DNA of 64,000 nucleotides from contig OZ037765.1 in assembly GCA_964035545.1 (NCBI GenBank), positions 34,868,080-34,932,079 of the forward strand, read 5' to 3'. Positions within the stretch are counted from its first letter, which is position 1. Every line of letters starts with the position of its first letter. Positions 52,061 to 64,000 of this stretch are shown here, in pieces. Under the pieces are notes generated by a model, which saw only the letters and a list, made by a program, of their open reading frames with translations, was not told the DNA's origin and ran no database searches. The stretch comes from Bugula neritina. Its lineage: Eukaryota > Animalia > Bryozoa. The position numbers and the translations under genes are program-made.

Positions 52061-53995
52061 ATGAAAAGCCTACACAATTTCTCTTCAGTTCAACTTACAA
52101 ATCAACAACAACAAGCTATTGCCAGAGGATTAGATGTACACATTCCTACAAAAACCAACAATATTCATATTAAATCACAACTCGAATCTTTCTACCAACA
52201 AATTTCCTCAAATCAACATCAAGTATCTGAAGATAAGCTTGAAGTAATTAAAGGTAAACTCTTAGACACGTACTCCAAATTTATACAGATTAAGATGCCA
52301 AAATATTTTGATGATGCTCTAAAGAAATTGAAAAATAATAAGGATATCTCATTAATTAAACAAGACAAAGGAAAAGGTACTGTTGTCATGAATAAGAAGG
52401 ATTACATCAACAAATGTTTAGAAATACTAAATACACCAAAATTTTCAATATGTTCCACAGATCCAACAAAAACTATTGAAAATCGAATACAATTAGAATT
52501 GCGTAGTATCAAAAAACATTTTTCTGACACTGACTATAAAAGGATATATCCAACAGGTTCAGCACCTGGGAAATTTTACGGGATGGCCAAAATACACAAA
52601 CTCAAACAAGGAGATGGTATAGAGAAGCTACAAATGCGACCAATAATTTCTAACATAGGCACTGCATCATACCAACTTGCGAAATACCTGGCCAAAATGC
52701 TAAAACCACTTAGTGAATCTGAAAGTAATATCGAATCAACCGATAGTTTTCTTACATATATACGGCAACTTCATATTCCAGCAAACCATCAACTGATATC
52801 ATTTGATGTTGTTTCCCTCTTTACTTCTGTACCACTTGACTACACGATTTCAGCAATCATAAATGATATTTATGAGAAACAACGAATCCAAACAACTATG
52901 CCAAAGAAGAAAATGATAAACTTACTCAACCTTTGTACAAAACAAGTTCACTTTACTTTCAACGACATCATTTATACACAGACGGATGGTGTTGCTATGG
53001 GATTTCCTCTAGGACCAATAATTGCGAATATATTCATGACAAAACTAGAACAGAAAGTAATACCAAAGTTGAATTCAATGTCACCTTGGGTGAGATACAT
53101 AGATGACACATTTGCAACAATAGACCCTGAGTATATTAACACAACACTCAACACACTTAATAATTTTCATCCTAACATAAAATTTACTCACGAACTAGAA
53201 ACCAATAAATCACTTTCTTTTCTGGATGTTACTGTTTTGCGACACAATAGCTCAGTGGAAACCACAGTATTCCGCAAACCAACACATAACGATACATACT
53301 TACATTGGAACTCTTTCTCACTAAAAACATGGAAGCTAAGCACACTCAAGTCACTAGTATTAAGGGCTAACAAAATCTGTTCTACTCCAGCACTTAAGAC
53401 CCAAGAACTAAACTATATTCGAAATGTTTTTGAACATAAAAATGGTTACCCTAAATATGTAATAGAGAAAACTATTAACAACATTGGTGACGGACTACTC
53501 AGTGAAAAAGACAACAGGAAACACATTTTACTTCAGCTGCCTTATAAAGGAGTAACAGGAGAAAAACTAATCCGCTCCCTCAATAAATTAATTACAGACT
53601 CTTTTTCAAATGAACTCAATGCCCGTATTTTATTTAAAGGAACCCCCTTAAGTTCACATTTTAATCTCAAAGATAAAACCAATAAAGAACACATTCACAA
53701 CCTAGTCTACAAAATAACCTGCCCTGAAGCTACCTGTCAACAAACATATGTAGGCGAAACCGGACGTCGCCTATCACACAGGATACATGAACACTGCAAT
53801 GACATCAATTCCAAAATTTATCAACACATCTCTACCACTAATCATGGAAACATATCAATAGACAATGTAACAGTTTTAAATCATTCATTTAAAGGAATCC
53901 ACCATCGAAAAGTAGCCGAAGCTCTCTACATTAAACAAATAAAACCGCAACTCAATAAACAAAATTACTCCATACCACTAAAACTATATCAATAG
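52061..53995 (+). CDS. Penelope-like reverse transcriptase + GIY-YIG endonuclease (probably 5'-truncated)
   Basis: KQDKGKGTVVM, FYGMAKIHK, RPIIS, SFDVVSLFTSVP, GVAMGFPLGP, RYIDD, LVYKITC...YVGETGRRLSHRIHEH. Confidence 0.93.
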   Translation: MKSLHNFSSVQLTNQQQQAIARGLDVHIPTKTNNIHIKSQLESFYQQISSNQHQVSEDKLEVIKGKLLDTYSKFIQIKMPKYFDDALKKLKNNKDISLIKQDKGKGTVVMNKKDYINKCLEILNTPKFSICSTDPTKTIENRIQLELRSIKKHFSDTDYKRIYPTGSAPGKFYGMAKIHKLKQGDGIEKLQMRPIISNIGTASYQLAKYLAKMLKPLSESESNIESTDSFLTYIRQLHIPANHQLISFDVVSLFTSVPLDYTISAIINDIYEKQRIQTTMPKKKMINLLNLCTKQVHFTFNDIIYTQTDGVAMGFPLGPIIANIFMTKLEQKVIPKLNSMSPWVRYIDDTFATIDPEYINTTLNTLNNFHPNIKFTHELETNKSLSFLDVTVLRHNSSVETTVFRKPTHNDTYLHWNSFSLKTWKLSTLKSLVLRANKICSTPALKTQELNYIRNVFEHKNGYPKYVIEKTINNIGDGLLSEKDNRKHILLQLPYKGVTGEKLIRSLNKLITDSFSNELNARILFKGTPLSSHFNLKDKTNKEHIHNLVYKITCPEATCQQTYVGETGRRLSHRIHEHCNDINSKIYQHISTTNHGNISIDNVTVLNHSFKGIHHRKVAEALYIKQIKPQLNKQNYSIPLKLYQ

Positions 53996-54247
53996 CTCCA
54001 CACTACTCAACTCTCACATAGTTTCACTAATTCTTGCTGTTTTTATATTTGGATATCTATTTTTTTTGTCAACTCTAATTTATTTTTTATGCAAAAAAAA
54101 AAAAAAATCAGTATAATTTTTGACCTGCGTAATATATAAAATAAGATTATCTCCTTTAAGTTTCAATAATTTACAATAACTGTCACTCTCTATTCTTTGT
54201 GTCATGCATAACGTCTAACGTAACATAATAATTTTTGAATTTCATTC

Positions 54248-54296
54248 ATTGCTACTCTGAAGATGGGTACAGTGGTACCCAAAATATCAGTGTAAT
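54248..54296 (+). ncRNA. Hammerhead ribozyme copy with core GAAA mutated to AAAA (54281)
   Basis: Identical to the other copy except for the G of GAAA. Confidence 0.65.
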
Positions 54297-54378
54297 TACT
54301 TTACCTAATAAAGTAATAAATAACAATGTTTCTCGTATACCTATTTATAATCAAATTACTAGCTCGTAAAGATATATT

Positions 54379-54495
<117 letters not shown>

Positions 54496-55913
54496 ACCTG
54501 GAGACCCCCAGACTACTGCACTCAATCACTAAGAGCTGCTTATACTTCTGTATTATATAGACTTCTGCCAGAATACATGTAAATAAAATCCTACTGCAGT
54601 AGAAGGCTATACATTTATGACTATTGGTATTACAGTAGTTTATGTAATAAGAAAGTAATAATCTACCTGAGAGTTATAATACCTGTGAAACAACACTCTG
54701 AGTCATGGTTTCAACACGTGACTCAATACACTTCTATTCATAATACTGAGAATTCTCACAACACGGCTTTATTATCTTAGATATGATGACACGTGTTTAC
54801 TGAGGAATAACATAAACAAAGTTGGACTAATATATCATAAAAACAAAATAATTATATATTCTGGGCTATATGACTTTAGTAGTAACTGTAATATACAGCA
54901 TACAGGTCATCCAACATAGCTCATAGTTACATAAATTCTTATTCTACTTCTATTGATTGCAATACTTTAGAATAATTATTTAAGAAATGAACACAAATTA
55001 AAGAAATATTATTGCTTATGTTGCAAGTTATGAATTACCTGCTAGTTCCGTTGAATCTCATAGATATATTAAATTATTATCAATTGAATTGTACTTAGCT
55101 ATAATGACTGGCCAGTCTATTACTAACACTTATTCGTTACTGTCGATGATCCTTCAGCGTACGTTGTTGTTCTGCTCTCTTGACTACAAGGTACAAATGC
55201 AATATATTAGCTACTAACAAGAGAGGGTGACTACCAATAACATAATATAAACTGCGACATCCTTCCCTTCTAGGGAGGCACAAACCAAAGAGATCTAATG
55301 GATTACACATAGACACACAAGAAAAAACGAGTAACTATATACAAGAAATCTCGATCTTCAGCGAGGGTTTAACTAAAGAATAATGACAGGGCCAAATATG
55401 CCTATAAAACAAAAAAAAAGAAAACAACCAATTACTATGTTCATGGATATGGGAACTAACAGTTTGCTAGTTCATATCAAATTGAGCATATCTGCTGGGC
55501 AGAGTGCCACGAGTAGCCCGTGCACTTCTTCTAGGGGTTGGTTCTAGGGTCCTTGGAAGTGTTGTTGGTTTTCCAACATCCACATGGCCTTCAGTAGCCA
55601 CAGCTGTGGTGACTTCGGATTGTTCTTCATAAAAATCTGCATCAAGAACCAGATCGGAACTGAATAGAACAGGTTTTAGTTGAGTCCTATTCCTTCAAAG
55701 TTGGCTACCTTCAGAATCAACAATATAGGATCGAGGTTGGGATGACCATTTCTAGCACAGTTGCTTCATTCCATACCTGTTGATCACCAGCCCTGACCAA
55801 CATTTTATCGCCTCCCACCAATGCCTTCAAGTCTTTCGCTCTTTTATCATACATCTCCTTCTGATGACTTTGCCTCTGTTGGAGCAATGGCAATGCCGTG
55901 GGAACCTGTGGTT

Positions 55914-57269
55914 TTAGCATTTGTTCAGTATAGGGTAGCGGGCCTCTAACACAACGGCTAAAAAAATTTCTGCTGGGCTAAACGGCAAGCCAGCCACGGG
56001 CGTTTGGCGATATGCCAGCAGTGACTGATAAATATCTGAGTTGGAATCGGCCGCCTTCTTCAGAAATTGTTTGACAGTCTGAACATATCTCTCGGCCATC
56101 CCATTCGATTGATGGTAATGGGGACTAGATGTCGGGATCTTGAAGCCCCATTCCTGAGAAAAATGTTGCATAGCTCCACTGCCAAAAGGCATATTGTCAG
56201 CAATAACTTCAACTGGAACACCATGAACCGCGAAAATAGATCTCAAAGCACCAATGACATCTTTAGCTGTTTTGCCCTTAATGAGTCTTAGTTCTAGAAA
56301 GTGAGAAAAGAAGTCAACAACAACTAAGTAGGTTTGACCCTGAAACTCTAAGATGTCCATTCCTACCTTGTTCCAGGGAAGTGTTGGGATCTTATGTGGA
56401 TGCAATGGCAGTCTTTGCTGCCTGTTCGAATACTTCAAGCAGGTCGCACACTCAGAAATCAGTCGCCTTATATCTCCATTAATTCCTTGCCAAAAAATAC
56501 TTTGCTTCGCCCTTTCAATACACTTCTCCATACCAAGATGACCCATGTGCAGTCTTTTGAGGTAGGCACTGTGCTCCGACTGAGGAATAACAAGGCGTTC
56601 AGCCCTATAGACCAAATCCTCTTTCACAAACAGTTTATCTCGAAAACTCCAGAAAGGTTGAATTGACAATGGGACTTGTTTTTTAGTTGGCCAATTCCAT
56701 CCGCCAGTTATCGCGAACTTGAGGCTGTGCATGGTATCATTTTGAGCATACGCCCTATTTAGCGCTAGTTTTGCTGAATCCTCCAGTTGTAGGCAGTGTA
56801 CCATCACTACATCATCCTCTATCGCAAGCTCTGTAGTCGGCAGGTATGCTCTTGAAAGCGTATCAGCTAAGTATAAGAACTTTCCTGGAACATAGCTGAT
56901 CTCTCTAACCTGGTAACGTTGCATCCTAATCAGCAATTTCTGCAGTCTGGGAGACGCCATCCACAACGATTTTTTTACTATAGACACCAGTGGCGGATGA
57001 TCAGTCTGAACATCTATGTCCCTACCATATGTATAGGTATGAGATTTCTCACACCCATACACTATGGCTAGTAATTCTTTGTCAATCTGTGGATAGTTTT
57101 GTTCCGCTTCATTCAGAGCTCTTGATGCATAGGCCACTGATCTCCCTTCCTGCAAAAGCACGGCTCCTAGCCCACCTTTTGAAGCATCGGTCTGTAACAC
57201 AATGTCCTTGATCACATCAAAAAATTGGAGAACAGGTTCACTCATGAGGATGGCTTTGACACGCCTCAT
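55914..57269 (-). pseudogene. Gypsy pol fragment (RNase H-integrase)
   Basis: QTDASKGGLGAVLLQ, ADTLSR, HMGH...CATC, SNGMAER. Confidence 0.9.
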
Positions 57270-57801
57270 TGCTTCATGTTGGTCAGGTCCCCAAATCTAT
57301 GTTGCATCAGACTTCAATAGATCTCTTATTGGTTGACTTATCTTTGAGACATTTGGTATACATGTAACCTCGAAGAAAGTTCAGTGACCCCATAAGACAC
57401 TGTATACCCTCTTTGTCAGTAGGATCTTGCATCTGGTCAATGGCTTGAACCTTCTCGGAATCAGGTCTGAGTCCTTCTTTTGAAACTATGTGACCAAGGT
57501 AGCATACCTCAGATCGATTGTGCTGTATTTTCTCTTTGTTGAACCTCACATTGCATTGTCAGGCTCTTTGAAGCACCTTCTTAAGCTTACAGTCATGGTC
57601 TTCTTGATCTTTGCCTGCTATTATGAGGTCATTAAAATAAATGCTTACATCTAGATCACCAAACATTTCCTCGACTTGTTTCTCAATGACTTCTGCGCTG
57701 GAGTTTATGCCAAACAGTAACCGTTTGTTGCAGTACCTTCCAAAGGGCGTGTTGACTGTGGTTTATAACTGCGATGGTCGATCAAGTTGGATATGCCAGT
57801 A

Positions 57802-58557
57802 CACAGGATAGTTAAGGGCATCCTCACTAAGAATATCATAAATTTCTCTCAAAATGTAGTTCAGGTTCTTGAATAATATTGCTCTGCGGGTGGCATGCGT
57901 GTTGCCTACTTGCAATTGTTTAGCCTAAGATTAAACTACAACCAATAAGCAGCAACCTTCATTAGGGCTGTGTTATCTATCAACATTCCATTATAGGCGC
58001 TACATAAACAAAGTACCAAGCAAGCTATTCATTGTAGTCTGTCGGCTAGCAAGCCTATAATTAGCATGTACGCGCCAATATCTTCTCATCCCTACGTGCT
58101 CATTGAAGCGTGAAGCACTGCGCGCTGCTAATTTACTATGAAAAAATATGGCAATTTCAGTGTATAAATCACCAATTTGTGGGCAATCTAGAAGAGTTAT
58201 TGGAAAAAGAAAAAAACTTACCCTGGAGAAATATCTCAGGATTCCAGCAGTGCAATTTTTATTCAGATATCATGCTTTGCTGCTGAGATATTTTACTGGT
58301 ACTGAAAAGTCAGCTTTTCAGGCAAAATTGGCCAAAATTGGGCAGTTTTTTGTCTATAAATTTGCAAAAAAAATGAAAATTGAAATTTCCAAAAAACTTA
58401 CCCTGGAGAAAAAGAAGATCTACAGTATAGTTTTTAAATTTTGACTCTAGCACAATTAGGTGAGATTTTATTTTACTGGTACTGAATTCTTATATGATTA
58501 CAATGCAAACCTCAGCAAGGTAGTTGCAGCTAAAAGGTTGCCCTTAACTATCCTGTG
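57802..58557. mobile_element. Non-autonomous Tc1/mariner-type DNA element nested in the gypsy RT
   Basis: 19-bp perfect TIR cacaggatagttaagggca and TA TSD; removing it restores DMKSGYWHIQLD. Confidence 0.88.
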
Positions 58558-59519
58558 TAGCCACTTTTCATGTCAACTATGGTAAACACTGTCATTCCAC
58601 TGAAACTAAACAATATGTCTTCTAATGTCGGAATGTGATGGTGTTCTCTCATCAAAGCCTTATTCGGTTCCTTGAGGTCCAAGCATATCCTGACACTACC
58701 ATCACGCTTCTTTACCACAACCATGCTGTTCACCCATTCCGTAGGTTGATATACTTTGACGATGATGCCATTTGCTTCCATTTTATCCAGTTTAGCCTTA
58801 ACGTTTTCAACTCTGCTGAGGGGTATATGTTTGGCTCTATTAATGACAGGCTTTACATTAGGGTAAACTCTCATAGTATGTTCACGGTCGAGGCAGCTGA
58901 TCCCCTCAAAGCAGTCGGCAAATTCATCCAGGATGGCCTGAATGTTGAGATTGTCAATCCGTTTCACAATTCCTAGTTCAACGCAAGCAACCAACCCTAG
59001 AATTGGCACCACATTTGCATCGACCAGTTCAAAGTCTAGTGTTGTCACACCATCCTTGTCTAGTCCTAGTGTAACCTTCTCACCGCTAAGTAAGATGTCA
59101 CCTGAATAAGAGCAAAGTCTGGCCTCACTAGGGAGAATGTCTCCACAAAAATCTTTAGTCAGGCTTAATGGTAGTACATTAGCCTCAGCACCAGTATCTA
59201 CCTTGAACCTGATATTCTTACAATGCTGACCGCTGTACACATTATAGCTTTTAAACCAACCTTGTGGTGAATCTTCCTTATGGGAGATAAGCCTTATGAA
59301 GAGGTCATTCATCTTCATTGCTGAGTCAGATAAAATTAAATTCACTTCTTTCTTAGTACATTTACTGTGAAAGTGGTTTTTACCACCACATGCTCTACAG
59401 TCCTTTCCAAATGCTGGACATTTCCCTTTTATGTGATCAAAACCACAAAATCTGCAGTCTGTGACTTTTTTAGGTGCTGCATGGTACCGGAATTTGTCTC
59501 GGTGTAGGTCTTCCTTCAC
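58548..59519 (-). pseudogene. Gypsy gag-end / protease / RT N-terminal fragment
   Basis: CRFCGFDH..C, CRACGGKNHF..C, KVDTGA, VRICLD, DMKSGY. Confidence 0.9.
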
Positions 59520-60642
59520 TTTTCACTATGGATACCAACCGCTCACCTGATATCTCTGCCAACTGACTCTTTGTAACCTCTGATGCTCGAATCAGATCTA
59601 TAGCACCATTCAAACCTACAGTTTTATCTTGTAAAAGCTTCTATTTTAACCTTTGGTCATTGATACCAAATACACAGCGAACCAGAATCAGAATTTCCCT
59701 CAAACTCACATTTATTAGCTTGAGTTTTTAACTTCTTTACAAACATATCAATGGGCTCTCCATCACCTTGGTTCATTGACATAAAAACATACCATTCGTA
59801 CAACAAATTCCTGTGGGGATTGAAATAGCTATCAAATTTTACCAAAACATCAGGAGTACGATTCCCGTTCTCACCCATCAAATTCAAACTGATCTAGAAT
59901 TTCGACAGCTTCTTTCTCAATACAGTGCCGTATTCCTATCAGGCCAATTTCCGTCAGCGTCCTTCGGTTGAGCTACCAAATTGATCGCTTTCAAATAGTT
60001 TTCAAAATTCTTCTTCCACTTTCTTCAATTCTCAGCCAGGATTCCATCCAAACATAGTTCACTAAGGGGCGAAAAATGGAGCCCATCCATAGCCCAGGAC
60101 AGGAGTGAGCAGCGCAACCAAATTGAAGCTCAGCCTAGAACCGAACTATAGTCAGAATCTTCAAAGTCAAGTGACACAATGAAAAAAAAGGAAAATTGAC
60201 AAATTGACAAATTGACAAATTAACTGACCACCAGCAAAAAAAAAGAAAAGTGAAGAAAAAACGGCTGCCACCATGTTGCAAGTTATGAATTACCTGCTAG
60301 TTCCGTTGAATCTCATAGATATATTAAATTATCAATTGAATTGTACTTAGCTATAATGACTGCATGGCCAGTCTATTACTAACACTTATTCGTTACTGTC
60401 GATGATCCTTCAGCGCACGTTGTTGTTCTGCTTTCTTGACTCCAAGGTACAAATGCCATATATTAGCTACAAACAAGAGAGGGTAACTACCAATAGCATA
60501 ATATAAACTGCGACAGATTAGGAAAGAGGAAAGGACAAAATAAGTCTTATTTTAATTCAAAACACAAAAATTGACAGGCAAAATAAAATTATAAAATTAG
60601 TTAATTAACAAAATTAGAAACCTATGATTACATAAAGTCGAA

Positions 60643-60772
60643 GGCATATGACAAGTCTGTTTATAGGTAATATAGCAGGTCTGTGTCTGCTGCGTCGTAG
60701 ACACGTGACCTGCTGCAGACGTCGTTAGCTTGGGTGCTATCAAAAGGTGAAGACCGGATTTATGAGGTGAGT
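60643..60772 (+). promoter_or_regulatory. Putative promoter / non-coding first exon of gene 3 (donor at 60766/60767)
   Basis: Homologous to 6200-6337. Confidence 0.45.
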
Positions 60773-62567
60773 GAAGTTATGTTAGTACTGTAGTACTCTG
60801 TTGGAGTTGTGATTTCTCAGTCAGTAATGATATTGGTTCAAACTGACTGCAAGGAATGCTGCATTTCACTGCTTGACAACTGAATTCAACTTAAGGCATT
60901 AACTAACATTTACGTAATCTTGAGTGACACTGTGTCTACTTGAATATATAACTACTAAACTCTGTTATCTATGAGCTAATGTAAACATAGCTATACCATA
61001 AACTATGATAAGGTAGCCATGGTATGCTATACATTATACATTCTGTAGGTAACAACACAGCAGGGTAGTTCAACTGTAGCTAATGCAAGGTACAGAGTAG
61101 ACAGTGTGACAGACTCTGTATGTTAACAGGTATGTATAAATTATATCTCTAGTCTCTACGTAAGACATGTATATATTAGTATATCATATTAAGTTAGTAC
61201 CTGCAGTAGCTGGGACTGAGTAATGTTGACTCCAACACCTGCTCGCTCAATCACTGTTAGGGTCATCAATCTAGCGCATTGGATTGATTTCAATTCGTTT
61301 TTTTATCTAACGAATACTTTATAAATTTTTCTTCTACTTTTATTACGTTTTACAATTGGCTACCCAGTGAATGTAAAGCTTTCATCTCATCCACAAAACC
61401 CAACAAAACTATCAGAGTTTTGCTATATTTATTCAAACTCAGAATATGAATTGTCTAATTTATAATTATTTTGACATTATATAGTGAAAGTGTTGTCGTC
61501 TTCTTTTAGGAGATGAATATTTTACTGAGTATTGTAATGCATTATAATGAAAGTCTTCTTCACAGTTTTGAGTTGTTTTATTGAGCATTAACTTGTCATG
61601 ACTTGAATTATTTACTTCAGTGACTTGATTTGAGAGTTTTTGTTGATTAAGCACAAAGTTTGAATATTTAAACAAGTCAAAGATATCTAAATTCACATAC
61701 AATTTACTTTTAGAAAAATCAGCCACTCTGAGTGTCTATTTATTGAATTGTAGTTCAAATAATATTAACCAGAAATAGCTGGTTAAACTAAATATAGGCT
61801 AAGATATAGGCTACAATGATATTTTAGCAAATAATAGTAAAGGCTAAATGAATATTTTATTTATACAGGAACAAAACTTGTAGAATTCAGGCTAAATATA
61901 GAAAGCTTGTTGATTCAACAACTCCAACTTATGTTCTCCAGCTGTTGAGGCCCCTTAAAGTTACTAGTTTGCCAAGGTTGCTGTTAGCGAGTTGAGTTTT
62001 AGTTATAAAGGGGATATTTTAGTTCAAGATTTGACTTACGCATCAATTATTGTTTTTGAAAAGAAGATTGTGTACTATTTACTATAGTTACAAAGTCCAC
62101 TAGAAAAGAAAGTGGGGGGGGAGGTGGGGTAAACCTATAGTTTGAAACAGAACAGCTGTGGGCGTATTTGTTTATGTGAAGCTTGAAGTTGACACATATA
62201 TATTATAATATATGATGCATATTGTCAAAAGTATCTCAACTTGGACTTTGCTTATTGACCAAGCTGTATAGTTTATCAGTGAATGTAAATATGGGTGGAT
62301 CATAAACACTGATAAGGTAGCTATGATATAATATTATATACCTGTATAACGCAGTCTTCGTGTTTATTTGTAGAGTTAACATCACCGTGTTGAATATTAA
62401 CTTTGCTCTTTGAGCTACCAGCCTGTTCCCATAGCTTGGCTGTTAACATATATACTAAAAGTTATTTACAGCTCCAGTTCTGTAATAGTCTATATAATAT
62501 AATATATTTGTTGTATATACTGTATGTTTACAGAATCTATAACTTAAGTGATAGTTTTATATAACAA

Positions 62568-62979
62568 TGTTATGGATTTCAGTGGTGTAATGTATGTTAG
62601 TATTAATCGAAAGGGGCCGACTCTATATTATATACTATTTTGGAGTTCGACTACATCGACCTGTAGCTATGGACAGCAGTGGCACCACTAGTAACCACCA
62701 ATCAGGACGGACACACTAATTAATAGCAGGTGGAGCTAGCTACTCGTAGTTGCAGTGCGCTGAGTAGCTAGCCGGCAGAGCAGCTTGGGACTTCATTTAG
62801 AGTAGTTGTGTATAAAGCTCACTAATTATGTAATCGTTTCTATTCATGTTAGCAGTGAATAAAACTTCTTGTATTTTGTAAATAATAAACTTGTCTTAGC
62901 GTAAACAACCTGGTGTAGCGGCTTTGTTTAAGTTGACCCACACGTAATATAGTGAACTGCGAAATTCACTACAATAACA
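62568..62979 (+). mobile_element. Probable solo LTR
   Basis: TGTTAT...ATAACA ends, TATAAA near 62811, AATAAA near 62858; no TSD found. Confidence 0.45.
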
Positions 62980-63263
62980 CTATAGCATTATATTAGAATA
63001 TCATGTTGCAACTTTACACTATAGTATTATATTTTAGCATATTGTATTAAAATATCTTATAATAATTTTACATTATGTCGCCATATTAAAAGCCATATTA
63101 TAATTTTATATGTTAGTATTGCATCATAAAGTCGCCTAATTTTCTTCTATATGCTAAGCCTTTCCTTTGTAATTTATTTTCCTTTGTATTATATTGTAGC
63201 AGTTGTTACAGATGAGAATGAAGACTATTGAATACAACTAGAACTGTAATCAGTGACTATAGA

Positions 63264-63516
63264 ATGGGTCAACGTAAATCTCTACCTCAGCCTACACCTG
63301 CACCTCGAACTCAGCCTACACCTCCACCTAGACCTGCACCTAGACCTACCCCTGCACCTCGAACTCAGCCTACACCTCCACCTAGACCTGCACCTAGACC
63401 TACCCCTGCACCTCGAACTCAGCCTACACCTCCACCTACCCCTGCACCTAGACCTACCCCTGCACCTCAACCTCCACGTACACCTCGAACTCTACCTACA
63501 CCTCGACTTCCACCAA
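63264..63516 (+). CDS. Gene 3 first coding exon: MGQRKS + Pro-rich repeat (paralogue of gene 2; the rest lies outside the window)
   Basis: Acceptor, 5'UTR, MGQRKSL and the downstream intron are nearly identical to 7875-8075; phase-1 donor A|GTTAGT; 54-bp (PAPRTQPTPPPRPAPRPT) repeats. Confidence 0.7.
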
Positions 63517-64000
63517 GTTAGTAAATCAATAACTTATACACAGTGTGTCAAATTAGTTCTGTAAGAAGTTAGTAAACACTGAGTGAGTTTCGGTGATAAG
63601 CAAAGTTTTACAGGGATTTAGCAATTAAAGTTTCTGTCATCTTGCAGACCATTGTCTTTAATCTTCAATCTACTCAAAGAATAATATTTATGGTCTTAGA
63701 GAACCTGAGTCTAGGATTATGTTATGCCAAGCCAGTTATTATGTATAAAGTGGTGCACACTCTGTAGGGCTGAGAACATCTTGCTGGCTATTCTCTTGAG
63801 TGAATGTCTATAATATCTCATGTCCAACCAATCAGCTTGCTTATTAGCCGCTTTCGGCCAATCACAAACTGACTTCTATAACTCAGCTTTCATTAGGAGT
63901 TGCGCTACTTTGTGTGAAAATATTACATTCATATATATAAACTAAGATTAAAATATTATAACATGTTTTACTGGCAAGTGGTACTACATATAATCAGTTG

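Larger units (their letters stand above)
51501..54348 (+). mobile_element. Penelope-like element with inverted pLTRs (51501-51851 / 53999-54348), flanked by (TA)n
   Basis: RT plus GIY-YIG ORF; the ~350-bp terminal segments are reverse complements; (TA)n at 51463-51503 and 54383-54493. Confidence 0.92.
55019..60515 (-). mobile_element. Full-length decayed Ty3/gypsy LTR retrotransposon; LTRs 55019-55259 and 60274-60515
   Basis: TG...CA LTRs; PBS TGGTGGCAGC (tRNA-Leu-like) at 60264-60273; PPT AGAAGGGAAGGA next to 55259; flanks GCTTA/GATTA; gag CxxCxxxHxxxxC knuckles, protease VDTGA, RT, RNase H TDAS, integrase HHCC/DDE; frameshifts. Confidence 0.95.

Noticed and set aside
63253-63564. Alternative-frame His/Leu and Arg/Cys repeat ORFs
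   Set aside because: Other frames of the Pro-rich coding repeat; only the MGQRKS frame matches the paralogue.

Overview
AT-rich, intron-rich eukaryotic (invertebrate-like) DNA carrying a tandem cluster of three related + strand genes. (1) The last five exons of a caspase-domain gene (62-2133; SHG/HACSG dyad). (2) A complete 13-coding-exon gene (ATG 7937 to TAA 50212) whose hand-spliced model is 3819 nt (1272 aa). It encodes an MGxxxS/poly-Pro N-terminus, three duplicated 144-nt LRR exons with hypervariable surface residues, further LRRs, a Roc GTPase, COR, an acidic linker and a caspase domain (THG/EVCSG), i.e. an LRR-Roc-COR-caspase fusion. (3) The 5' end of a paralogue of gene 2 (MGQRKS plus an expanded Pro-rich exon, 63264-63516). 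Introns and spacers hold a 20.2-kb insertion with an 8-bp TSD, an R4/Dong-like LINE remnant, a Penelope-like element with inverted pLTRs and hammerhead ribozymes, a decayed full-length Ty3/gypsy element with a nested TA-TSD DNA element, three MITE copies, solo LTRs and two intronic satellites. All gene models were spliced by eye from GT-AG sites and phase compatibility. No transcript or database evidence was available.
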